Shown: positions 39,651-48,454, numbered from the stretch's first letter. The stretch is DNA of 64,000 nucleotides from Candidatus Aenigmatarchaeota archaeon (GCA_038999725.1 JAWBWS010000001.1:129711-193710); one strand, 5' to 3'. The notes: a model not told the origin generated them from the letters alone. Numbers and translations are program-made.

Positions 39651-40304
39651 TTAAAAATTTAAACCAAACTTTAACTCAAAAATAAATCTCAAAGTTCTTA
39701 TACCCTCTTTTAAAGTTCCCTTCGACTTTCCCAACTTCCTTTTTTCAAAAACTATTGGTACCTCTGTTGTTTTTAAATCAATTTTTTTTGCCTTATACAA
39801 AATTTCAGTATTAATTTTAAATCCTTTTGGATTGAGTTTAATTTTTTTGTAGACACTTCTTCTCACAGCAGAGAAACCAGACATACTATCTTTTATTTTT
39901 AAACCAAGAACCAAGGAAGTAATCAAACAAAAAATTCTGCTGATTAAAACTCTATAAAACTTATCTTTTGTTTTTCCTCCTTTCGTGTACCTTGAACCAA
40001 TAACTATATCATAATCTTTAGTTTTTTCTATAAGCTTAGATAAATCTTCTGGTCTATGGCTTCCATCACCATCCATGAGAACAATCACATCCCCTTTAGC
40101 AAACTCTACACCCTCCAAAACAGCTTTACCTAGACCGTCAGATTTCTGCCTAATAAGCTTTGCTCCCTTAACTTTTGGAGCAACATCACTCTTATCAACC
40201 ACGATTATTTCCTTACTTAAAGTGGATAAAGCTCTATGAATTCTCCCAACAAGTTTTTGAATGTAAGGCTCATTTTTTGTTGGAATTACTATTGAAACTC
40301 TCAT
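39651..40304 (-). CDS. GT2-family dolichyl-phosphate hexose synthase-like glycosyltransferase
   Basis: VSIVIPTKNE. The DGDGSH (DxD) motif. Short 217-aa GT-A fold. Confidence 0.7.
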   Translation of the reverse strand: MRVSIVIPTKNEPYIQKLVGRIHRALSTLSKEIIVVDKSDVAPKVKGAKLIRQKSDGLGKAVLEGVEFAKGDVIVLMDGDGSHRPEDLSKLIEKTKDYDIVIGSRYTKGGKTKDKFYRVLISRIFCLITSLVLGLKIKDSMSGFSAVRRSVYKKIKLNPKGFKINTEILYKAKKIDLKTTEVPIVFEKRKLGKSKGTLKEGIRTLRFIFELKFGLNF

Positions 40305-40316
40305 GAATATTATTCT

Positions 40317-43019
40317 TTAATTAAAAGCAAAAAACTTTGATTTTATTTCTCCGAAGTAAAAGTTAACCTCTCCGCCACAAACCGTACATTTACCAACTAG
40401 CGGAACCCTTCTGTAGCTTGTGTTGCACTTGAGACAAACTACTCCTTCTACACTAGTGAGTGAAACACTTTCACTTTTCTTATGATTGTCTATGGCTTCT
40501 CCCAATACCATTTGCTTGCCGAGACCAATCAATTTAGTCCTAGGTATACCAATTGCTTCAAAAACTCTTTCTAATGGTGGTAAAATCTGACTTTCAATGT
40601 AATAACGTGAATCTATTTTCAAACCATGTTTTTTAACATATTCTGGGTCTTCCGCCCTTTCGGAAACCATTTGTGCCCCTTTAACTATAACAAACCCTAC
40701 CCTATCACCAATCGAAGGAATTGTCGTCTCTCCTCTTTTTTTCATCCTCTTCACTAACTCAATGTGTGGTTGAACTCCTTTATATTGGTCAGGCCTCTTT
40801 GAAATTCCTTTTATTATAACAAGTTTTTCCAATGGGATTTGTCCATTCTGTAGTTTTTGTATCACATCTTTGAAATAAGTGAAAGCTTTTGCTGGATTTT
40901 GTTCCCTGAGTAAAATGTTCAGAACAGCCTCTTGTGTCTCGCTGACCAAATCACACCAATCTCTTCTCACAGTTTCTATTCCCTTCATCACAATCTCATC
41001 TTTATATTGAGAATCAATCTTTTCAAAACTCCACCCAGCATATCTTTTTTTTGTTAGAATTAAAAGTGTTCTAAAAACATTCTCGACTTTGACTTTTAAC
41101 TTCCCTTCAAATTTTTCATTTAGAAAATCTGCTATTTGATTGCCAATCTCTATTGCTTTATCTATGTCTCCTGTATCTGTTTTAACCATCACAGAATCTG
41201 TGTCTCCATAAATCACTCTATACCTTGTGTTACTTTCAACAAGCTTTTTGGTTTCTTGAATGTAATATCTCCCACAACTTGTGATTGCGTTTGCTATATC
41301 CAAAACATAAAGTCTTCCAAGTAAAAATCCTGTATAGCCATAAGAGGCGTTTGCTATTCTTTTAAGTCCCTCTTGGTATGCATCTAAAGCCCTTTTTCTC
41401 ACGGGATCTTTTTCAACTTTCATTTGAGCTTTAATCATATTTCTTTCTTTTATCAATCTTTCAAGAGTTTGGGGAATTATCCCTTTTCTAATACTTGGTG
41501 GAATGAAAGAAGTACCAAATGGTGTTGTTATTGCTTCTACCCCTTCCTTTTTCTCAATCAATAAAGTTGTTGGGCAGATGTTGTAAGAAATGAAAATTGA
41601 AGGGTACATGCTTGCAAAATCTAAATAAATGACACATGTTGTATGTAAACCAACTTCAGGATCAAGAACGAAAGCTCCTTTAAACCCTTTCACATCTCTC
41701 TCTGCTTTTCTTCTTGCAATCTCCTTTTCAGATGGTTTACAAGGTAGAACAAATCCATTTTTGTCGAACTCCCTTAAAAGTAGATTTTCGACTTTTCCAG
41801 CTTCTCCGGTATCCAAAGAATCTTGTAATAACAAACCAGAAACTTTGGAAATTCCTATGTATTTGTCTAGAAAGTGTTTTTCTAAAAGTAATCTCAAAAC
41901 AAGCTCAGAATCTCTTCTCGCATAATCTATAAATCTTTTCATCTGCTCTTCATTACCATTCCAAGCAATTGGCATATCTGTGTGAGAAAATTCAATTTTT
42001 TCTTCACCTAAAAGATATTTTGAGACCTCTCCCAAGCTAAATCTTTTTAGACCTGTGAAAAAACCTCTTCCAGCCATATCTTTTATTATCCAATATGGGT
42101 CTACTATTACCCTTCCAAAAACGGAATTTTTATATCTATTTTCCCCCAACTTTTTCGAAACAAGTGATTTTTCAACACATCTTCCTATACTCCTTCTCAA
42201 TTTATTAATTCTCAATCTCTCGTTGATGTATGGTATGTCAAAATCATTAATGTTATATCCAACTATTATATCAGGATCGAATTTATCAATTATTTCTAAA
42301 AACTTTTCAAGCATCTCTTTTTCATTCTTAAAAGTTAAAACATCCTTACCTAGTCTTTTGAAATTATTTTTTGCTACTAGAATGAGTGTGTTACTACCAT
42401 CAAAAGCCGGGAAAAAAGCCATACTTATTATAGCTATTTGGTTTTCCTCTGGATTTATTATCCCTTCAGAAACTACTTCTATATCCAAGGCCATATACCT
42501 TAGGGGGGCATTCTCTATTTTCTCCACAGGCTCGATTTTTTCCATTTTAATTGATTGATCCACTTTTATACTTTGTGTATGTATTGGTGAACCATATACT
42601 TTATACCACGACATGCCAAAAAGTGAAAAATCTGCCATAAATCTGTATTTGAAGAGTATGTCTGCCTCAAAAATATCTTCAATAAAGTCCTTCTTCCTCA
42701 AATGCTCCCTTAATGTAACTGTCTTAGATGGATCTTTAAGCACAACTTTCAACATTTCTTTTTTCTTTTCTTGAAAACCTATCGGTAAATTTCTCTCTAC
42801 AATTTCTATGTTTTTTATCTCATTAGTGAAATTCTTCTTAAGTTCATCAATAACTTTTTCTTCCATTCCTTCTTTTGGTAAAATATAAAAATATGGATAA
42901 AAGCCGTCATAAAAAGCACAAATTGTTCTTCCGTCTTCTGCCTTCCCTAAAAGTCTTATAACAGGACGATTCTCGAGAAGAATGTAATCAACATCTAAAA
43001 GTTGAAACTCCAATTCCAT
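40317..43019 (-). CDS. polB: Family B DNA polymerase
   Basis: Exo I motif LDIEV. Motif A DFASMYPSI. Motif C YGDTDS. C-terminal Cys cluster CLKCN...CTVCGG. No intein. Confidence 0.9.
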   Translation of the reverse strand: MELEFQLLDVDYILLENRPVIRLLGKAEDGRTICAFYDGFYPYFYILPKEGMEEKVIDELKKNFTNEIKNIEIVERNLPIGFQEKKKEMLKVVLKDPSKTVTLREHLRKKDFIEDIFEADILFKYRFMADFSLFGMSWYKVYGSPIHTQSIKVDQSIKMEKIEPVEKIENAPLRYMALDIEVVSEGIINPEENQIAIISMAFFPAFDGSNTLILVAKNNFKRLGKDVLTFKNEKEMLEKFLEIIDKFDPDIIVGYNINDFDIPYINERLRINKLRRSIGRCVEKSLVSKKLGENRYKNSVFGRVIVDPYWIIKDMAGRGFFTGLKRFSLGEVSKYLLGEEKIEFSHTDMPIAWNGNEEQMKRFIDYARRDSELVLRLLLEKHFLDKYIGISKVSGLLLQDSLDTGEAGKVENLLLREFDKNGFVLPCKPSEKEIARRKAERDVKGFKGAFVLDPEVGLHTTCVIYLDFASMYPSIFISYNICPTTLLIEKKEGVEAITTPFGTSFIPPSIRKGIIPQTLERLIKERNMIKAQMKVEKDPVRKRALDAYQEGLKRIANASYGYTGFLLGRLYVLDIANAITSCGRYYIQETKKLVESNTRYRVIYGDTDSVMVKTDTGDIDKAIEIGNQIADFLNEKFEGKLKVKVENVFRTLLILTKKRYAGWSFEKIDSQYKDEIVMKGIETVRRDWCDLVSETQEAVLNILLREQNPAKAFTYFKDVIQKLQNGQIPLEKLVIIKGISKRPDQYKGVQPHIELVKRMKKRGETTIPSIGDRVGFVIVKGAQMVSERAEDPEYVKKHGLKIDSRYYIESQILPPLERVFEAIGIPRTKLIGLGKQMVLGEAIDNHKKSESVSLTSVEGVVCLKCNTSYRRVPLVGKCTVCGGEVNFYFGEIKSKFFAFN

Positions 43020-43027
43020 GTTTTATT

Positions 43028-44176
43028 TTATATCAAATCAATTTTTAAATTTTCTCGTGTTTTAAGATTTACAATCCAAAATATTCTTTCAGATGAACCA
43101 GAAGAAATTATTGTTGTTCCTTTATAGTTGATTAAACCTGAAGTACCGAAATCAAAGGATAAGAAAATATCTGGAACTGGTTCTATCAAAAAACAATCTT
43201 CTTCTAAAACTCTTTCAATTGTAAAAATTGGGTTGAGATGCCTTTTCTTGAGTAAGTTTAACATTATTTCTTCTGTTCTCTCTCCCAAAATATTTTTATA
43301 GGGAGAAAACATTTTTCCATCACAAAGAAGTAAATTTACCTTACCATTGATTAAGAGAAAGGCTGGTGGTGAAAAAGAAGTTACATCTTCGAGTTCTAGT
43401 TTTTCTTTAGTTATGAGAATTAACTTTGTGTTGATTGGTAATTTCTCTTTCAACTCTTCTATTTGTTTTTTCTCATAAGATTCTACAAATAAAAAAATCA
43501 ATTTTTTGTAATTAATTTTTGAAATTTCTTCCAAAATCTTTTTTTCATATTCTTTTATCCACTTCCCTAAAATGAAGAAACAGTAAACATCTTCCTCTAA
43601 ATTAGCGACTTTTCTCCTCAAAGGTACATCTGGCCACAAAACATTTGTAACTTCAATCTTATCATTTGTTTTTTCACAAACAAGCCCCACAACTTCATCT
43701 TGAACAATTTGCCCAAAAAAGTTGTTTTTAAAGAAAACTGAAATTTCACCAGTGAAATCCTCTACAACAGCAGATTTGTTTTCTTTATTAATATCTCTCA
43801 CCATCACTATCAGAGAAAACTTTTTTGTTTTCTCTGTTATCTTGTTTATAGAAATCAAATTAACTATATCCATCCTGTAAGAAAAGAATGATTTGATTTT
43901 CTCATATCTCTCTAATAAAATTCTTGAAATATCATCAACTGAAAAATTTTTTACATTCAAGGCTTTTTTCTTAATTTCTTTGATTTCAACTTCTTCCAAA
44001 ATAGATTTAATTAAATCTATTTTGACCACAGGAGGAACTTCCATTTTAACAATTTTTTCAAGAAAGATTTTAACTTGTTCAGGATTTCTTGAAAAATAAT
44101 CCAAACTATCTTGATCAATCATCAAACCTCTCTTTAAAAAAATATCCACAATTTTTTCTTTTTCCATAGAAACCAA
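43028..44176 (-). CDS. DP1-like (PolD small subunit / eukaryotic B-subunit-like) protein with a degenerate phosphoesterase domain
   Basis: The N-terminal helical domain reads IVDIFLKRGLMIDQDSLDYF. The OB-fold segment SLIVMVRD...SAVVEDFTGEISVFF...DEVVGLVCEKTNDKIEVTNVLWPDVP closely follows the DP1/B-subunit OB pattern ending in PDxP. The downstream region lacks the DxH, GDxxD and GNHE metallophosphatase motifs. Confidence 0.45.
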   Translation of the reverse strand: MVSMEKEKIVDIFLKRGLMIDQDSLDYFSRNPEQVKIFLEKIVKMEVPPVVKIDLIKSILEEVEIKEIKKKALNVKNFSVDDISRILLERYEKIKSFFSYRMDIVNLISINKITEKTKKFSLIVMVRDINKENKSAVVEDFTGEISVFFKNNFFGQIVQDEVVGLVCEKTNDKIEVTNVLWPDVPLRRKVANLEEDVYCFFILGKWIKEYEKKILEEISKINYKKLIFLFVESYEKKQIEELKEKLPINTKLILITKEKLELEDVTSFSPPAFLLINGKVNLLLCDGKMFSPYKNILGERTEEIMLNLLKKRHLNPIFTIERVLEEDCFLIEPVPDIFLSFDFGTSGLINYKGTTIISSGSSERIFWIVNLKTRENLKIDLI

Positions 44177-44184
44177 AGAAAATA

Positions 44185-44442
44185 TTATCTTTTTAATATA
44201 TAAACAAGAATTCCTACCTTCTCTTTATCTTTTGAATGGGGTAAGGCTTTAACAATAACTTGATTATTTTTAACCAATTCATCTAAATATTTTTGAATCG
44301 TGTTCCAACTTAAATTCTTGTTAAACTTTTTTGAGATAAGCATCTTTATTGAAGAGGTGGTTAAAGGTGTTTGAGTATTTGAGAGAACATCTAAAATTAA
44401 AAATTTTACTTGCTCTCTCAGACTTCTTCTTCCTCTTTTCAT
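44185..44442 (-). CDS. Small winged-helix DNA-binding protein (AsnC/TrmB-like HTH)
   Basis: LSWNTIQKYLDELVKNNQVI is a recognition helix plus wing. Paralogous to the ORF at 45095..45322. Confidence 0.4.
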   Translation of the reverse strand: MKRGRRSLREQVKFLILDVLSNTQTPLTTSSIKMLISKKFNKNLSWNTIQKYLDELVKNNQVIVKALPHSKDKEKVGILVYILKR

Positions 44443-44465
44443 AATTGAAAGATATTTATTTGAAA

Positions 44466-45098
44466 TTAAAAGGTAATAATTGATTTTTCTGTTCTAACAA
44501 ATGGCACAGGACTTGTGTTTGATATCGCCTTTTTAAGATAACCACGCTTCTCTAAATTTTTTAACCTATGATAAAATGTTTGATATCTAAGACCGAAGAT
44601 GTGGGCATCTAATAGAAAAATAGGTTTTTCTCTTGCATACTCTAAAATCTTCAAATCTATTTCATCCAAAGGTCTTGAATCATTGTTTTTTCGTTTAAAT
44701 GATTTTTTTATAAGTGAAGTTGGATTGTAATAATAAAAGACTTTATTTTCAGCATCTTTAATAATGGTAACTTGTTTTTCATCAATCAGAATGATACCTA
44801 GTTTCTTTCTTAAATTCTCCAGTTCAGGGTTAATTGTCAACATGTTAATAAATGTGTTAAGAAATATAGGAGGTGCACATAAAAAAACATGGGAAAAGTC
44901 GGTAAAATAACTGATAATCTCCCCAAGTGTATTTTTTACATCTGATTCATCACCTTTTACTTCCACACAGTACCAAAAATTTCCTTTTTTAAATACAAAA
45001 TCTGGTTTACAATGAGGGAATTCCCTTTCTGTAAAAAATTCTATTTTATTTTCCTGTAGATATTTTAGAAAAATAGATTTTGCTTCTTCCTCATTCAT
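44466..45098 (-). CDS. PD-(D/E)xK nuclease-like domain fused to a C-terminal AsnC/Lrp-type HTH
   Basis: N-terminal motifs PDFVF...YCVEVKG give the D...E-x-K arrangement. The C-terminus LDEIDLKILEYAREKPIFLLDAHIFGLRYQTFYHRLKNLEKRGYL resembles an AsnC-type HTH. Confidence 0.4.
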   Translation of the reverse strand: MNEEEAKSIFLKYLQENKIEFFTEREFPHCKPDFVFKKGNFWYCVEVKGDESDVKNTLGEIISYFTDFSHVFLCAPPIFLNTFINMLTINPELENLRKKLGIILIDEKQVTIIKDAENKVFYYYNPTSLIKKSFKRKNNDSRPLDEIDLKILEYAREKPIFLLDAHIFGLRYQTFYHRLKNLEKRGYLKKAISNTSPVPFVRTEKSIITF

Positions 45099-45322
45099 TT
45101 TTTCAACCTGTAAGTAGTAGTTTTACCAACACGTATTTCCTCTACTTTTTGTGCATCTCTTAAGGCTATTAAATATTTTTGAATAGTATGCCATGAAAGG
45201 CCTGGTCTTTCGAGCTTTTTTGCAACAGTTTTCCTTATAAATTCTGAAGTGTGAGGTAAATTATCATCCAAACAACTCAATATCACAAGCTCAAAAAATT
45301 TTCCATAAGGTCTTCTTGACAT
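45095..45322 (-). CDS. Small winged-helix DNA-binding protein, paralogue of the ORF at 44185..44442
   Basis: LSWHTIQKYLIALRDAQKVEEIRVGKTTTYRL. 4-nt overlap with the downstream nuclease-HTH gene. Confidence 0.4.
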   Translation of the reverse strand: MSRRPYGKFFELVILSCLDDNLPHTSEFIRKTVAKKLERPGLSWHTIQKYLIALRDAQKVEEIRVGKTTTYRLKK

Positions 45323-45376
45323 ATCTTTATTTATTGAATTTATTCTTTATAAATATTGCAGTTAACAGACCATAAT

Positions 45377-45533
45377 TGCGAAGAAATTGAATTAATTTAA
45401 ATATAGTGCGAACATTTGAAATAACATGCGATGATTTTACTTTTCATGCGAAGAGTAAATTGATAGTTAAACTGGACAATTATTGCAAAAAATTAATTTC
45501 ACTTTGTGTTAGAGACAGAAATATTAGTGCGAA
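45377..45533. promoter_or_regulatory. Intergenic array of five TGCGA(A/T) motifs, putative operator sites
   Basis: TGCGAA/TGCGAT at 45377, 45407, 45427, 45447 and 45528. The middle three sit at exact 20-nt spacing. Located upstream of the wHTH gene at 45095..45322. Confidence 0.3.
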
Positions 45534-45625
45534 CAATTTAACTACTATCAGAATCTTTCAATATTTTTTATTAGTAGCGGAAAAATATCGTCTATAATAT
45601 ACCATTTCTAATATCTTCTGAACTT

Positions 45626-45979
45626 TCATAAAAATAATTCCTTAACTTTTAAAAGAAGTTCCCTAATCCCTTCGACATCCCTTACAGGCATATAGATTCT
45701 TGGATAAGTTTCAACTTTCTCAATAAGATTTAGTTTGGCAAGGGTATCTAACCTTTTTCTTAAGGTTTCTAGGTTTATTTGCACCCCTTCACTTCTCAAT
45801 TCAGAAAAAAGCTGTTGAACATAATAACAAGTGGTATCATTCGGAAACTTTTTGTTATTAAAATAGAATTTTTGTAAAATCCTTATCATAACAACATCAA
45901 AATTAAGAAATATTGAAGAAAGTTTCTTTTTTGTATTCACATCTTCCTGTATAGGAATGTTAACAATTGAGGCGTTCAT
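45626..45979 (-). CDS. Winged-helix transcriptional regulator-like protein
   Basis: C-terminal LETLRKRLDTLAKLNLIEKVETYPRIYMPV reads as HTH plus wing. Confidence 0.35.
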   Translation of the reverse strand: MNASIVNIPIQEDVNTKKKLSSIFLNFDVVMIRILQKFYFNNKKFPNDTTCYYVQQLFSELRSEGVQINLETLRKRLDTLAKLNLIEKVETYPRIYMPVRDVEGIRELLLKVKELFL

Positions 45980-46032
45980 TTTTTCCCATTTAGTTGTTTT
46001 ATTTTTATAATTTAATATAACTGTTAAACTTT

Positions 46033-46707
46033 TTAAACTAAATTAATAATTCTTGCTTCAACTTTTTTATTTTTAATTGTAGCAAAGCCACAATATCCTT
46101 CCGGAAACCTACCAGCATTGATTAATTTTGTTCCATTTATTTCATCAATGCCTCTTGCTTCATGTATATGAGCACTTATCGCTAAAACAGGTTTAAATTT
46201 TTCAATAACTTCTCTTACTGCTTCTGATCCAACATGGGCACCAGTATGAACAACATCAACTCTTGTTCTTGCTGGAGGTACATGGGTAACCTGAACTTTA
46301 ACTTCACTTTCTTTAATCATTTCAAATGCTTTTTCTAATCCTTTTCTTATTTCATCTTCAGATGGCTCTAGAGGGGTGCCAAAAGGTGTTCTAGCCCCTC
46401 CAAAACCGTAAAAACCAATATTATCAATAATTTTTCCTTTTCCATGAAGACTTATTCCTTCTTTTTCCAAGATTTCTATTATATCTCTATCCCAATTTCC
46501 AGGCAAAGCTAAGATGGGTTTGTTTAAAGTTTTAAGTTCTTCAATAATCACTTTCGAGATATCTAGAGAAGAAAATCCTTTTGGTGGCACATCTAGAAAG
46601 TCCCCTGGAAACACGATAACATCAAAATTAAACATGTTAACTTTATCAATATATTCCATTAAATTTTCTACATCATTATGGATGTCGCTTATTATCAAGA
46701 TATCCAT
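46033..46707 (-). CDS. Calcineurin-like metallophosphoesterase
   Basis: DILIISDIHND, VIVFPGDFLD, GNWD and GH motifs (AHVGS...HIHE). Confidence 0.7.
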   Translation of the reverse strand: MDILIISDIHNDVENLMEYIDKVNMFNFDVIVFPGDFLDVPPKGFSSLDISKVIIEELKTLNKPILALPGNWDRDIIEILEKEGISLHGKGKIIDNIGFYGFGGARTPFGTPLEPSEDEIRKGLEKAFEMIKESEVKVQVTHVPPARTRVDVVHTGAHVGSEAVREVIEKFKPVLAISAHIHEARGIDEINGTKLINAGRFPEGYCGFATIKNKKVEARIINLV

Positions 46708-46752
46708 CTTATCATCTAATGATTTTTAATCAACAGATTTTAAATATCTAAT

Positions 46753-47088
46753 ATGTTCTCCTCCAGAAAAAAAGGATATAGGATTGAAAGAAAGATAAGA
46801 CTCCTTTTTGAAAAATATGGTTGGAAAGTCATAAGAGCTGGGGCAAGTTTGGGTGAGGCAGATTTGATTTGTATTAAAAATAGAAAATGTATTTTACTCC
46901 AAATTAAATCAACTAGGAAGAAAGCTCTATATTTTTACGGTGATTTAATTAAAAACATAGAAGGGTTTCCATTCTTCTTGGTTGTAGATTTTGGTTATGG
47001 GAATATAAGAATATTGAGACCAAGAAAGAAGGTGTTAACAAATAGTGGAATTGCGCTTAAAGATTTTTTGGAAAACAATAAAATTTAA
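46753..47088 (+). CDS. hjc: Holliday junction resolvase Hjc-like
   Basis: GYRIERKIRLLFEKYGWKVIRAGAS...EADLICIK...LLQIKSTRKK matches the Hjc E...D...E-x-K architecture and length. Confidence 0.55.
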   Translation: MFSSRKKGYRIERKIRLLFEKYGWKVIRAGASLGEADLICIKNRKCILLQIKSTRKKALYFYGDLIKNIEGFPFFLVVDFGYGNIRILRPRKKVLTNSGIALKDFLENNKI

Positions 47089-47115
47089 AGAAACATATTA
47101 TAAGTAGGTGGTAAT

Positions 47116-47664
47116 TTGCCAGTATATGTAAGAGATATAATGGTCAAAAATATAGTGACTATTGATCAAGAAAAAACAGTTAAACAAGCAGGAGAATTGA
47201 TGAAAAAAACAAGAAAAGGTTGCCTTATAGTAACAAAAAATGGTAAGCCCGTGGGTATACTTTCTGATAGCGATGTAATAAAGAGGGTTGTTGCAAAAAA
47301 CTTTTTGCCAAGTAAAATTAAAGTTAAACAAGTTATGAGTTCACCTTTAATAACAATTAGTCCAGATGATGACATTTTATCAGCTGTGAGGAAAATGAAA
47401 AGGAATAATATCCATAGGTTGCCAGTAGTTCTCAATGGAAAATTGGTTGGTATAATTTCACTTTCAGATATAGCTAAAACATCACCAGAGATGTTAGATC
47501 TTCTTGAATATAGATTAAAAATGAAATCTTATGAACCAGAGATAAGAGAAAAAATAACTTCAGGAATTTGTGAATCATGCGGCAATTACAGTGATAATTT
47601 ACAAAATGTGAATGGTCAATGGTTGTGTGAAGATTGTAAGGAAGATCTTGAACATGAGTATTGA
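47116..47664 (+). CDS. CBS-pair domain protein with a C-terminal Zn ribbon
   Basis: Two CBS repeats (IVTI..., HRLPVV...GIISLSDI). C-terminus reads CESCGN...CEDC. Confidence 0.55.
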   Translation: MPVYVRDIMVKNIVTIDQEKTVKQAGELMKKTRKGCLIVTKNGKPVGILSDSDVIKRVVAKNFLPSKIKVKQVMSSPLITISPDDDILSAVRKMKRNNIHRLPVVLNGKLVGIISLSDIAKTSPEMLDLLEYRLKMKSYEPEIREKITSGICESCGNYSDNLQNVNGQWLCEDCKEDLEHEY

Positions 47665-48448
47665 TTTAAGTCTTGCAGGTTTAGATAGAAAACAAAAAAT
47701 AATCCACTTCTCAGAACTCAACCCAACATTTTGTTTCGAGGGAGAAAGGATTATAGAGGTTGTGGATAAAATAATAGAAAAAGGGCATAGAAGGCTCCCC
47801 ATTCTAACAAAAGACAAAAAATTGGTTGGTATAATAACAACAATGGACATCCTTGGAGCCTTTTTGCGCAAACAAAATTTTCAAGACCCAATATCAACTA
47901 TAATGAATAGAGAAGTCATATTTTGTGATGCGGATGAAACTCTTGGTAATGTTTTGTTAAAATTTAAGTTTTCAAGAAGAGGAGGATTCCCGATTACAAA
48001 AAACGGTAAACTTGTTGGGATGATATCGGAGAGAGATATTGTTAGAAGGTTTTCTTCTGTAAATTTTGGAATTAAAGTTGAAGAGGTGATGACAAGAAAA
48101 CCTTTTTTTCTCAGCCCAACCACTTCAATTTTAGATGCGATCAAAAGTATGGTTAATACCCATTACAGAAGATTGCCATTGGTCGAGGACAAAAAATTGG
48201 TTGGTATATTTACATCAGCGGATGCCATTTCGTATTTAAGAAAAAATAATTTCAGTTTCTCAAATTTATTATTACCGCTTATACCAACATTCGAAAAAAA
48301 TGTGTATTACATAGAAAAGGAAAAAGATTTATCAGAAGCGATTAAAGAAATGGTGAAAAGAGATGTGGGAGGTCTTCCTGTTGTTAGTGAAGACAATACC
48401 TTAGAAGGTATAATAACCGAAAGAGATATATTAGAGGAAATTGTCTAA
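47654..48448 (+). CDS. Tandem (4x) CBS domain protein
   Basis: Repeated HRRLPIL/GGFPIT/YRRLPLV/GGLPVV CBS signatures. Internal Met start chosen to avoid overlap. Confidence 0.55.
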   Translation: MSIDLSLAGLDRKQKIIHFSELNPTFCFEGERIIEVVDKIIEKGHRRLPILTKDKKLVGIITTMDILGAFLRKQNFQDPISTIMNREVIFCDADETLGNVLLKFKFSRRGGFPITKNGKLVGMISERDIVRRFSSVNFGIKVEEVMTRKPFFLSPTTSILDAIKSMVNTHYRRLPLVEDKKLVGIFTSADAISYLRKNNFSFSNLLLPLIPTFEKNVYYIEKEKDLSEAIKEMVKRDVGGLPVVSEDNTLEGIITERDILEEIV

Positions 48449-48454
48449 ATAATT

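Noticed and set aside
41136-42558. + strand ORFs inside polB (including the 167-aa ORF at 42055..42558)
   Set aside because: Antisense to PolB motifs A and C. Hydrophobic or low-complexity translations typical of shadow frames.
45360-45600. Possible CRISPR array suggested by repeated TGCGAA
   Set aside because: The repeats are only 6-8 nt, irregularly spaced (30/20/20/81), with no 25-40 nt direct repeats and no cas genes nearby. Better explained as operator-like motifs.
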